Shown here piece by piece: positions 1-12,686 of a DNA stretch of 64,000 nt. The notes beneath the pieces were generated by a model. The model saw nothing but the letters and a program-made list of their open reading frames with translations. It searched no databases and had not been told where the DNA came from. The stretch lies in NCBI GenBank assembly GCA_964016885.1, contig OZ024740.1:305784001-305848000 (forward strand), in the 5' to 3' direction. The stretch's first letter is position 1. Each line of letters begins with the position of its first letter. A program made the translations under genes and the position numbers. Source of the DNA: Eledone cirrhosa. Its lineage: Eukaryota.

Positions 1-788
1 ACACACATGTGCACATACACACACACATACACACACACACTCGCGCACACACACATGCACACACACACCCACCCACACACATGCACACCCACCCACGCGC
101 ACATACACACACACACGCACACAGACACACACATGCACACACACACATGGACACATGCACACACACACACACACACACACACAGAACAGCAGCAACTGCA
201 ACAACAATCGTAACAACAGATGGTGAAGCAAGCTTCTAAGTGGTTGATCAAACAGGTAAACATAGCAGCCAAATCTCCCTTAAATCACACTCTACCGCCA
301 TGAACAAGTGACATTCAATAACGTGGTTCTCTGCACATAAGAACAAAAAGAAAGTGTGATCACAGCTAGAATCCTTTTGATCATAAGTGCTCGGTCACTG
401 CTGACCTGAAGCTAAAAACACCACCACCTCCATGCCAACCACCACTATCACCACCATCACCATGGCGACCACCATCACCACCACCACCGGCCGCCGCCGC
501 CACCACCACCACAACCACTACCACCGCTACCACCACCATGCCAACCACCACCACCACCACTACCACCACCACCACCACCACCACCACCACCATCATCACC
601 ATGCCGACCACCACCACCACCACCACCACCACCACCTTCTGAGATATGTCTTGTCGTAGCCATCAAAACCAGGCGGAACCCACCCTTCATCAGATCGAAC
701 TGCTGTTGCTTTCTTCCATTGTGTGTGTGTGTGAGAGAGAGAGAAATAGAGAGGGAGAGTGAGCGAGAGAGAGAAAGAGAGAGCGAGT

Positions 789-823
<35 letters not shown>

Positions 824-923
824 TGTTTGAGAAAGAGAGTGAGATTCTGTGTTAAAGTGAGAGATAGAATCTGTGTGTGTGAAAGAGAGTGTGTGTATGA
901 GAAAGAGAGGGAGGGAGAGAGTT

Positions 924-983
<60 letters not shown>

Positions 984-1094
984 AGGTATATATTATCTCG
1001 CCGAGATTTGAAGTCAGAGCACAGAGAGTCAGAATGAATATGGTAAGGTATTCCATCTGACCCTCTAGCAATACCTTAGGACGTAAAAACAAGT

Positions 1095-1857
1095 TATTTA
1101 AGCACAAAGCCAGCAATTTGAGGGACAGGAGAAAGTCAATTTAAATCGACTCCAGTACTTCATTGGTACTTTATTTTATCAACTGTGAAGAACTAAAGGG
1201 CAACGTTGACCTTGGCCAGATTTGAATACCGCAAAGTATTTGTGTGACGCTCTAACGATTAAATCAACCTCAGTGCGTTACTGGTATTTTATTTTATAGA
1301 CCCTGTAAGGATGAAAAGCAAAGCTAACCCCCGGCGGGATTTGAACTTAGAACGTAAAGTGCCGCAACTCTATGCTGCAAAGCATGTTGTCCGACACTCT
1401 AACGATACTGCCAATCCACCGCTCTGATGCAACTAGATAATGGTTTCTTATATAGGCACAAGGCCAGCGATTTGGGGGAGGGGAAAGTCGATTAAATCGA
1501 CCCCAGTGCGTGACTGGTACTTTATTTTATCGACCCTGCAAGGATGTAAGGCAAAGCTAACCACGGCGGGATTTGAACTTAGAAAGTAAAGTGCTGCAAC
1601 TCTATGCCGCAAAGCATGTTGTCCGATGCTCTTACGATACTGCCAATCCAGAGCCCTGATTCAACTAAATAATTGTTTCTACTTTTGGCACAAGGCCAGC
1701 AATTACCCAGTGTATTACTGGTACTTTATTGTATCGACCCCGTAAGGATGAAAGGCAAAGTGAACCTCGGCGGGATTTGAACTCAGACAATAAAGGGCCG
1801 TAACACTTTGCTGCAAAGCATGGCGTCAGACCCTCTACCGACACTGCCAATCCACCT
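1095..1857 (-). mobile_element. Cluster of about 4 tandem tRNA-derived SINE copies
   Basis: Repeated minus-strand head ggtggattggcagtatcg (A-box-like) and gagttcaaatcccgccg (B-box-like), a shared body, and tail ggccttgtgcc..aaacaattatt. Confidence 0.85.
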
Positions 1858-3207
1858 AAATAATACAGACCATTTAGTGCAGCGCTCTCTGGTATCTTCT
1901 ATGTAGATACTCTTATTTAAGAAATCACCACCACCACCGCCAGCACTATCAACGTCATCGTTATCGCTGCTGCAGTCGCCGCCATCTTGTTGTTGTTGTC
2001 GTCGTCGTCGTCGTCGTCATCATCTTAATCAACAACACCGCCATCATTAATATCTTATTAATTTATCAATTAAGTTCGCCCTTATTCTAGTAACGGTGTC
2101 ACGTGACACAATGCCCTTCTGTTAGGGCCTATTACGGGGGATGCCTTATTTGCGACAAGAATCATTTACCAGAAAAGTTTGCAGATTAAGTGCGATTTAG
2201 AAACATCATTCCCGCCTCCTTTAGCTTTTACAGCCTCTTTCTCCCCAAAACATTTACTCTCTCTCCACCTCTTTCCGTCCTCCTACTCCCCCTTCCTTTC
2301 CTTGTTCTTTCTCGTCTTTCTTATATTTCAATCTTCTGTCGTATAATATCTTCTGTTCCTTTCTACTCCTTATTTAATTTTTTTTATTGTACTTCTACTT
2401 TTATTGCATTACTTCCTCTTTATATCTTTTATTGTCTTACCTCTCTTTCCCTTCAATTTATTCTCTCTAATTCTTTACCTCTTCGTTTCTCTCTCCTTTC
2501 TTTTTTCTGCTTACGCCATCTTTTGTTTTCTGTCTTCGTTTCTCCCACCTCTGCTTTGTCTTCGCCTCTTCTTTCCGCCCCCTCAGTTTATTCTCTTTCC
2601 TCCCACCCACATTTAATCTCTTCTCTTCCCTTCTTCCTCATACTTCACCTCTCCCCCTCAGTATCTTTTTTCATTCAGCTTATTTGCTTATTATTATTAT
2701 TATTATTATTGATCTTTTCAATCGAGACTGTTCCATGTCGCTTCCCGATCCCCTTTTTCTCTCTAAAATATGCAGAAGTCCGACATATTGCTAACCTTGT
2801 ATCTGTGTGTTGGTCGTTATATATATACACTGGCACTCTAGCGGAATATAATACTGATGAGGGTTACTGCACGTGTGCCAACCCGTCCTTCGTAGTGCTT
2901 ATTAAACGTTATGATGTCGGGAATGCTGTTGTTGTTGTGGTGGTGTTGCTTGTGGTAATAGTAGTTGAATAGGTTTGGGATGCGGGGTACAGAACATTGT
3001 GGTTCCTTTTATTTTTAATGTTGTCTAAAGTTGTCAGGATTTAACAGAAAAAGCTTAAACACTTGGCATCGAAGCGGGTGGAAGATGCAAGGAGCAAATG
3101 CCACAAATGAAATGGTTAAGAAAGAATGAAAATAAGTTGAAAGAAAAGAGAAATTCAGAGGAATTGAAGAAATGAAACAATAAGTAAAAGAAGTTAGTGA
3201 AAAACAA

Positions 3208-3268
<61 letters not shown>

Positions 3269-3358
3269 AAGGTTGCAATAAAGGCGTCCGTAGGCGGTAT
3301 GCCATTTGAGCATTCGATGGTCACGCAAGGTCCTCAGATATGTTTAGCGATTTCGAGG

Positions 3359-3483
<125 letters not shown>

Positions 3484-3517
3484 TATATAAATAAAGAGAG
3501 TATATATATAAAATTAC

Positions 3518-3665
<148 letters not shown>

Positions 3666-3854
3666 TCTTGCTGAACAGACAAGCCGAAACCGCTTGGCGT
3701 CGCGGCGGAACTGTACATATCTCTATACCCACTCTGCATCTCCCCATGCATTGAGTACTCCCATGATTAGTGGTCTCCCTGTCTCAGCACCCACAAACTA
3801 TATCTCTCTCTCTCTCTTTATCACACACACACACACATACATACACCCCCCCCC

Positions 3855-3886
<32 letters not shown>

Positions 3887-4422
3887 TATAATATATATAT
3901 ATATAATATATATATATATAATATATATATATATATTATATATATATATATATAATATATATATATATAATATATATATATATAATATATATATATATAA
4001 TATATATATATATAATATATATATATAATATATATATATATAATATATATATATATATATTATATATATATATATATATAATATATATATATAATATATA
4101 TATAATATATATATATATATAATATATATATAATATATATATATATAATATATATATATATATATTATATATATATATATATAATATATATATATATAAT
4201 ATATATATAATATATATATATATATAATATATATATATATAATATATATATAATATATATATATAATATATATATATATAATATATATATATAATATATA
4301 TATATATAATATATATATAATATATATATATAATATATATATATATAATATATATATAATATATATATAATATATATATATATAATATATATATATGTAT
4401 AATATATATATATATATATATA
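3855..4422. repeat. Long interrupted (TA)n tract, representative of dozens of (TA)n, (CA)n, (GA)n, (GATA)n and (TATG)n microsatellites across the window
   Basis: Directly visible. Confidence 0.95.
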
Positions 4423-4429
4423 ACTTTGA

Positions 4430-5580
4430 TAACTTTGATAGGTTTCGGCCAGTATTGGCCCAGGCCATGCCTAACTTAATAGCACCACCTGACGAAGTCT
4501 TTCAAATTAAGATTTGAATACCATGGTCCACTCAAGTAGAGAGTTATTGTGTATGGAGACATATCCGGGTGTAGGAGGTTTATCCGGGATTTCTTGGAGG
4601 AATTTGTCCAAAGACATTTTGAATTTTATGGGATCTGTTTCTGTTTTAATGTGTTTTGGTGTAATGTTAAAGAGAGCGGGACAAGTTGAGGTGATTTAAT
4701 TGAGCCGTAATGTTGTTATGATATGCGAGTTTGATTTTTGTTGTGGGCGGATAGCACGGGGTAACAAGCCTTAGGTATACTTTAAATATGATGTCAACAT
4801 CATTTGGGCAATGCTGATGGAATATTTTCCACATCATGCAGTTAATTTAGCGTTCACGGCAGCGTTGAAGAAAGTAGAGTTTGAGATTTTCTAATCGACC
4901 CCAATAGTCAAGGCCTGTCATGCCGTCTATCTTTTTTGTTATTGGGCTTTGGGGTGCTTCAATTTTCATAATACTTTGTTTCATGTGGGGAGACCACTGT
5001 GGACAACAGTATTTAAGCTGGGGTCAGGTAAAAGTAGAGAATAGAAGAATAAGTGTGTTGGGAATTATCATCACCCATACAGCCCAGATCAGCCATATCA
5101 GGATTGTTGAAAATAGTAGTATTATTTCTGCAGTATCTCACCCATTATTTTAGCACTGTCTTGGGGAGTGCCATTTTCATCAATCAGAGGGTCAACAATG
5201 GAGACAGTCACCGTGTGTGTTTTCGCAAATGAAAAGAACACTTTGGGAATGACTTTCATTTTCTCATTGGCCCATTTCTCCTCAGGCGTTCTTTGGTTAT
5301 TTATGATGGTCTTCATGCATTGTTGGAGGTTATATTGTTTTTTTTGATTCGAGCAATGCGATAGCAGTCGAATGTGTGTGTTGCTGTGGCTGTATTGTTT
5401 TCCTGATTTATTTGTTTGTTCTTTTTACTTTTCTGATGATAGTTTTGGGGGATTCTGGACTTAGTTTTCTTCACAGATCTTGGTGGGGTGTGTTTTGCAC
5501 ATATATTTGTGACAATGTCTACAAATATCTGCCAAGATGTTTGGATGTTGGTGGAGATGCGTGCGTGTGTGAAAGACCAG
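4430..5580 (-). pseudogene. Degraded, internally deleted CR1-like LINE ORF2 fragment
   Basis: Minus-strand remnants PQLKYCCPQWSPH, GLDYWGRLENLKLY, FKMSLDKFLQEIPDKPPTPGY..NNSLLEW, and the linker region KVFFSFAK..DPLIDENG. Many stops and frameshifts. Confidence 0.7.
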
Positions 5581-6096
5581 TCAACATGTGACACACACAC
5601 ACAATATATATATATACATATGTATAATATATATATAAGCACATCGATCTAATTCTGAAAAGACATGTCAATTATATACTATCATATATAATTCTCTGCT
5701 TTCTTTCGATCAACGTTCTGAGCTCAAATCCCGCCGATATTAGCTTACGGGGTCAATAAAGTAAAGCACCAGTAAGTACGGGGGTCGATTTATTCGACTT
5801 TCCTTTCACCTAGCCTTGTGCCTATAGTAGAAATGATTATATATAGTTTAACCTTTGCTATATATATATATATATATATAAGCAGAAGGGATATTCAATT
5901 TATTGGTAATTTAACAAATATAAATGTTTATTATAACTGATTTAGATCACTCTACAAGTTTTCTGGAGTATAATATACAATGATATTAAATAAATGGAAA
6001 CTATATTTATAAAAAACATATTTAATCTATTATATATATTATTTATATAATAGAATAAATATGGTTTTATAAATATAGTTTCCATTTATTTAATAT

Positions 6097-6177
<81 letters not shown>

Positions 6178-6499
6178 TGTCCGTCTCTCTGTCTACCTAT
6201 GTATCTGTGTCTGTCTGCCGGTCAGTCTGTCTGTTAGTCTGTCTATCTAAACACCCTCCTTTTCCTTGAAACCACTACCATCGTACTGTGTTGAGCAGTT
6301 AATCATCAGCTCCCAAAGAGAGTTCACGGCGGACATATTTACACTGTATTATCATTACGATCCGCCATCAAAAGCGGCTCTTTTAATGCGATTTGAATCT
6401 CCGTAACATAGTCATCATTTCTAGGTGTGTTGTTTTAGGATCTCTTCTGTACACACACACTGCACACACATATTTCACCTACATACATGCATACACAAT

Positions 6500-6556
<57 letters not shown>

Positions 6557-7314
6557 CTCACACACATGACAATATACACATTACAAACACATATCACACA
6601 TGCAAATTTACTAAACACATACAGACACATACATGTTCACACACATCATACATACACTCATTACATACACACATTACACATACATACATACAAATGCAAG
6701 CATGCATATATACTCAACACACACACGCACACACACACACATAAGAAAATACACATTACAACACACATTGCACATGCAAATTTACTCAATACACACACAC
6801 AAACACAGAGAAATATACTCTTTACATTGACTGACACAACAATCAACGCATTAACTTTATTAGAAAATGCCTGAAAAGTACTAAACTACATCCCCGTCCT
6901 TCTCACAACACACTCTCTCTCTCTCTCTTTGTGGCTTTCTCTCTCTTTTATTTCACATTGCCTCCCCTCTTGAGGTATTGTTTAATGAGGGAAGTAGGGA
7001 GTGAGTAAAGGGGACGGATAGAGGACTGAATAAAAGCTAGGTAAGGACTGGCACGCAAGCTAATAATGCTTGCCATGATGGCTCCTTCTATGTTATAACA
7101 AATACTGATTGACATCTGGTTTCCTCTCTCTCGGCTTCTTTAGTTCTCCACTTGGAATAATCTAAATAGAAACAACAGCTAAATGTTCATCAAATCACTC
7201 ACTTGGGTCTTTAAAAAGGGATGGGACGTAAACTAACCAAATACCACAACGTATTTTATCTTGTTCAGGACAGCGACACATACACAAAATATACATACAT
7301 ATATAAATGTATAC

Positions 7315-7393
<79 letters not shown>

Positions 7394-7404
7394 TAAATGT
7401 ATAC

Positions 7405-7498
<94 letters not shown>

Positions 7499-7516
7499 CC
7501 TAACCTTATGTAAGAA

Positions 7517-7591
7517 GCTGTCTGATGAGATCATGGCACTGGGTACGCGGAATCGCGTGGCCACTGTCAACATTGAAATATGTATAACAGC
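7517..7591 (+). ncRNA. Hammerhead motif with a long stem II
   Basis: gctgt-CTGATGA-[gat..tggca.tgg.tacgcg-gaat-cgcgtg.cca.tgtca..att]-GAAA-ta-tg-t-ATA-acagc. Confidence 0.7.
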
Positions 7592-7957
7592 CTTATCAAT
7601 AAAGGACTTTATCATCTGAAACTACTTCGTATTTTCTTATTCTAAATATACTCCATCATTCCTCCATCATTCCCACGTGGAAAAAGTATGTTGAGTGCTT
7701 GATTTATATATATTATAGATTTACCAAACAAAGGAATTGTGGTAAGGAACCAGATGGACCATAACGCACCAGAGTACTCAATACTTAGGGTAGTAGAGTG
7801 GGAAATAGGAAGAAGTATGACCCCGACGGCAGAGCTCAAGCCGTTTCGACGGCTATTTCAGTCCAGAAATAGCCGTCGAAACGGCTTGAGCTCTATTATA
7901 GATTTATATATATAACTATTTGTACAAATATGCAACTAAACAATATTCTGCATATCC

Positions 7958-7995
7958 GCAATTGACAATGCATATAATGCTGAAACCGGTATTGT
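7958..7995 (+). ncRNA. Hammerhead motif with a U3-A8 core variant
   Basis: gcaa-TTGACAA-t-gcat-ata-atgc-t-GAAAC-cg-GTA-ttgt. Confidence 0.55.
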
Positions 7996-8075
7996 AAATA
8001 AATTAATGTTTTGATATTTCACTGAAAAAATCTCTTCAACATTTTCTACTGAAAAAATCTTTTTCCTTTCTATTT

Positions 8076-8108
<33 letters not shown>

Positions 8109-9037
8109 CAAGTTAATATAAATTGATATATTATAAACACATAAGTGTTTGCATTGCAAAAGACTAAGTCAGCTAGAATGAAATAAACTAATTAAAATAA
8201 ATATAGTTTGTCTGTCTCGATATAAATCAATAAAAACAAGCTTATATTGGCAAAAGCCGTGATTCCTGGACACATTTAAATTTCAAAATCCAAACCGGCT
8301 CCGTAGATGAATTTGAACCTCAAAACTTAAATATATTTCGCAATGATGGTATAAAAAGTGAAATATTCAATCTTCTGTGCTTATCAACAGGGAATCCAGA
8401 GAAAATTAAAACATTTCACCTCCAAAAAATTTTGTAGGACTGATTAACCAGTACAAACGCACTAGGTACAACCAGCTATCTAGCTATCCCATACTCACAG
8501 TACTAGAAATAACAGCCGTTTATATGGGATTAAAAATATATATATATATGAAAGACGTAAAATAAGAGAATTATGAAAATTGACTTACTTACTAAAATTT
8601 TAGTAAGTCAATTTTCATAATTCTCTTATTTTACGTCTTTCATATAATTGTTCTGCATCCCCTTGCATTGAACTACAAAGTTACTAAGACAAAACCTATA
8701 TATTTGCTAGCATAGGTATGCATCTGTATACATATTGTTGGTAGATATACTAATTCTTTATAATTATCTCCAAATTATTTGTTGAGTAAAAATTTGCCGA
8801 AATTACTACTATGGTTCATGGTAGTGGTCAGGCCCCTGTCTTAATAGCATCCCACTCCTCACTGATTAACCTCAGTGTCACGTGATTGATTCTTTTGAAT
8901 TTGCTACTGACCAAGTAGGCAGTGAATTTTTTCAATGTCCTGGAATTTAGTCCCCGCTCGCTTTTTTCCATCCACTGAATTATTTTTATATGAGTTCCCT
9001 GTGTCCACGCATTGCCTAGGAACTTAGCTGAGAATAG

Positions 9038-9118
9038 ACTCCCTGATGACGTAAGGATTCTCTATGATTACGTTACGTAACCCCATTTATTCCCTTACAG
9101 AAATTAATTAGTTGGAGT
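9038..9118 (+). ncRNA. Hammerhead motif inside a partial-tandem element
   Basis: actcc-CTGATGA-c-gtaagg...ccttac-a-GAAA-tta-at-ta-GTT-ggagt. Confidence 0.65.
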
Positions 9119-9279
9119 GAAATTTTAGTAAGTAAGTCAATTTTCATAATTCTCTTATTTTATGTCTTTCATATAATTGTTCTGCATCCCCTTGTATTGA
9201 ACTACAAAGTTACTAAGACAAAACCTATATATTTGCTAGCATAGGTATGCATCTGTATACATATGTTGGTAGATATACT

Positions 9280-9431
<152 letters not shown>

Positions 9432-9435
9432 TGTA

Positions 9436-9474
<39 letters not shown>

Positions 9475-9499
9475 TGTATATATATATATATATATACTG

Positions 9500-9545
<46 letters not shown>

Positions 9546-9901
9546 TGTATGTATGTATGTATGTATGTATGTATGTATGGATGTGTATATTGTTATAGTT
9601 GGGTAGGGCGTCATGAAGCCAATAGAAACACACGCACCTGTTGGTTTTCACTCCAATACATTACAAATTTCTTGTTGGTTAGTTTAATAACCGGAAGGTT
9701 GTTTATTTATTGTCAAAGCTCTTTCGTCACACATTCTGTGACCTCCACAGTGACTAATTTGTTATTTTGTGTCTCTCCTACGCCATCTTGTTTTTGTGTG
9801 TTTTCTGATAACTCTATGATAAAGTATTTAGCTTTAATAAAATGAATATTAAAACTCTACCTCGGTATTGAGTACCCTTTTCTCTCAGAACTAACCATAC
9901 A

Positions 9902-9973
<72 letters not shown>

Positions 9974-10102
9974 TAAATCTACCAAAAGTTTACGGTAGTG
10001 TCCAATCCGTATGAAGAACTCAATGTAATCCGGATATCATGGAAAGAAGAGATGCATTCAAAAATCACTTTCGGTGAAAGATAAACGGAATACAGAGTCA
10101 AG

Positions 10103-10485
10103 ATAAAATATTAAAAAAATAATGAATAAAACAAAGAAACAGTTCCTTATATTAAACAAAAAAAGTTCATTATTTAACGATCGTTTCTAGGACATATATG
10201 TGTTAGAATTGGCATGCATATTCAAAAGATCTATGTACAAAATTATACAAACTATCAAGGAGAATATACATACCATCACATATATATGCTGTCTTCAGAA
10301 AGACAGCATATATATGTGATGGTATGTATATTCTCTCCTTGATAGTTTGTATAATTTTGTACATAGATCTTTTGAATATGCATGCCAATTCTAACACATA
10401 TATGTCCTAGAAACGATCGTTAAATAATGAACTTTTTTTGTTTAATATAAGGAACTGTTTCTTTGTTTTATTCATTATGTTTTTA

Positions 10486-10493
<8 letters not shown>
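10103..10493. repeat. Fold-back inverted repeat, arms of about 190 bp, 4-nt loop
   Basis: Centre gctgtctt-caga-aagacagc at 10288-10307. Confidence 0.9.
10173..10301 (-). ncRNA. Hammerhead motif with an approximately 105-nt stem II domain in a fold-back arm
   Basis: Minus strand ttt-CTGAAGA-ca-gcatatatatgtg...cacatatatgt-ccta-GAAA-c-gatc-GTT-aaa. Stem I is short. Confidence 0.5.
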
Positions 10494-10556
<63 letters not shown>

Positions 10557-11437
10557 TATTGCACCTGTAAAATTCTTACAAACATATATATATATATCTA
10601 TATAACTAGTGGAAGTAAATACGACAATATGAACGATTAAATCTAGGCGGTACTGTAGCATGGCCACAATCGAATAACTGAAATTAGTTTTAAAAAAAAA
10701 GAAAAATTGAAAGAATACGAGTACACCTAATGACAGACTGGTTACTGACAACGAGCAAACGACTGCCCTCACTTCCTCGCCCCCTCCTCCCTTCACCTCC
10801 TCCTCCCCTTACCCCCACCTCCCACCCCGCCCTCTTCGTTTAACATTCCCCTCCCCCTCACACCCCGCCTCCCATCCCCCACCCCCTCGCTTCACATCCC
10901 CCACCCCCTCACACCCCTCCTCCCAGACGAGGAGATCAATCAATGAACGCTGTAAATTAGAAAGTGTCGAAAGGGGTTAAGTATGGACAGGTGTGAAACG
11001 CTTAGACAACTGTTAGGATCATAATGGAAATTGCTTGCACATTGTGTTACTATTGGTTGTCCGTGTCTAGTGAAACAGACGCGGACTGGACATCAAAAGG
11101 ATGTGAGAGACAGGAACAGAACAACAAAACAAAGTCAAAGAGCCAGGACATTAGACTATGAATATTACGAGAGAGAGAGAGAGAGAGAGATAGAGAGAGC
11201 GAGAGAGGGGGGGGGGTGAAATAGAGGGGTGAGAGAAAGTGAGAGAAAGAGAGATAGAGAGAGAGGGGTGAGAGATAGAGAGAGAGGTGAGAGAAAGAGA
11301 GAGGGAGAGAGAGAGAGAAAGAGAGAGGGAGAGAGGAAGAGGTGAGAGAAAGAGAGAGAGAGAGGTGTGAAAGTGTGAGAGAGACGGACAGAGAGGGTAA
11401 GAGAAAGTGAGAGAGAGAGAGAGGGAGAGGGAGAGAA

Positions 11438-11487
<50 letters not shown>

Positions 11488-11751
11488 GTGAACAGAGGTC
11501 AGATGTGAGTGTACGTGTATGTATATGCATATATGTATATACACACACACACACTCACACACATACACACACATATATGTATATATGTATGTATGTATAT
11601 ATGTATGTACATATGCACATATGTATGTATATATGTATGCATATATGTGTGTTTGTATATCTGTATATGTATGTATATATGTAATGTATATATGTATGTA
11701 TATATGTATGCATATATGTGTGTTTGTATATCTGTATATGCATGTATACAA

Positions 11752-12203
11752 AGGGCAAAGGAGCTCTTAAGAGTCAATGGCCATCCAAAATCACCGGGAG
11801 AGATGACCCCTTAGCCTTTGTCAAGGCAGAATTCTAGAAGAAGGAAACTCTGATATAACACCTGCAACCCTGATGGTATCCAATGATGTTGACTTGTTCT
11901 TCTTTTTGGTAAATATCATCTTGGTTAAGAGAGTGGGACTGGCTTTGTGCAGTGCCTTTGCTCACTATAAAAGCTTAACGGCACAGGCATTGCTTTATAT
12001 CTGAAGATCTCTCTGCACATGTCGTCACATGGTACCATGGGCCCAGCACTATGTGTCAATAATTGTCACAAGTGTAGTGTTTGTACCAGAGTTTTCAAGT
12101 CGCTGGCTGGACTAAAGAGTCACTCGTTCAGCGCATCGGTAGGGGTTCTCCTACATGGATATAAAGTAGAGGCCGTACTCGAAAACGAGTTGGCAGCCAC
12201 CAT
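11752..12203 (+). mobile_element. Family X copy, 5' truncated
   Basis: High identity to about 16995-17450; contains the CSVCTRVFKSLAGLKSH remnant. Confidence 0.75.
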
Positions 12204-12686
12204 ATGTATGTATATATGTATGTATATATGTATCAGGAAAGCCGGTTTTCCTGATGATTTCTTTTAAATGAAACAGTTCTAGTCCTGTAGAGGGCATTTC
12301 TATATTAAACTTGATGTTTACACTCTACTAAAGTATTGAGTACCTTACTATACTCACATGTATATATAAACATACACACACATGCATATACGCATACACA
12401 TAGGCATTGTCACATGCATGTGTGTGCCTGTGACAATGCGTATATGCGTATATGCGTGTATGCGTATATGCATGTGTGCGTATTATGTATTAATTATATG
12501 TAAATATTCGATGTGTGTTTATGCATGAGTGCGTGTCTCTTTTGGTGAATGCATGTATGTTTGTGTGTAAAAGTGAATGCACGTGTGTGTGTATGAGTCG
12601 AAAAACGTTTGATATATAGCTAGATATAAAGATAGACAGACAACAGACAGACCAACAGGTTGATAGATAAATAGGCAGATAGATAT

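Noticed and set aside
2850-2895. Hammerhead at ctgatga-gggtt..aaccc
   Set aside because: No GAAA or stem III follows; at best a truncated relic.
2190-2972. 260-aa hydrophobic ORF
   Set aside because: Pyrimidine-rich low-complexity strand bias, non-ATG start and no recognisable domain.
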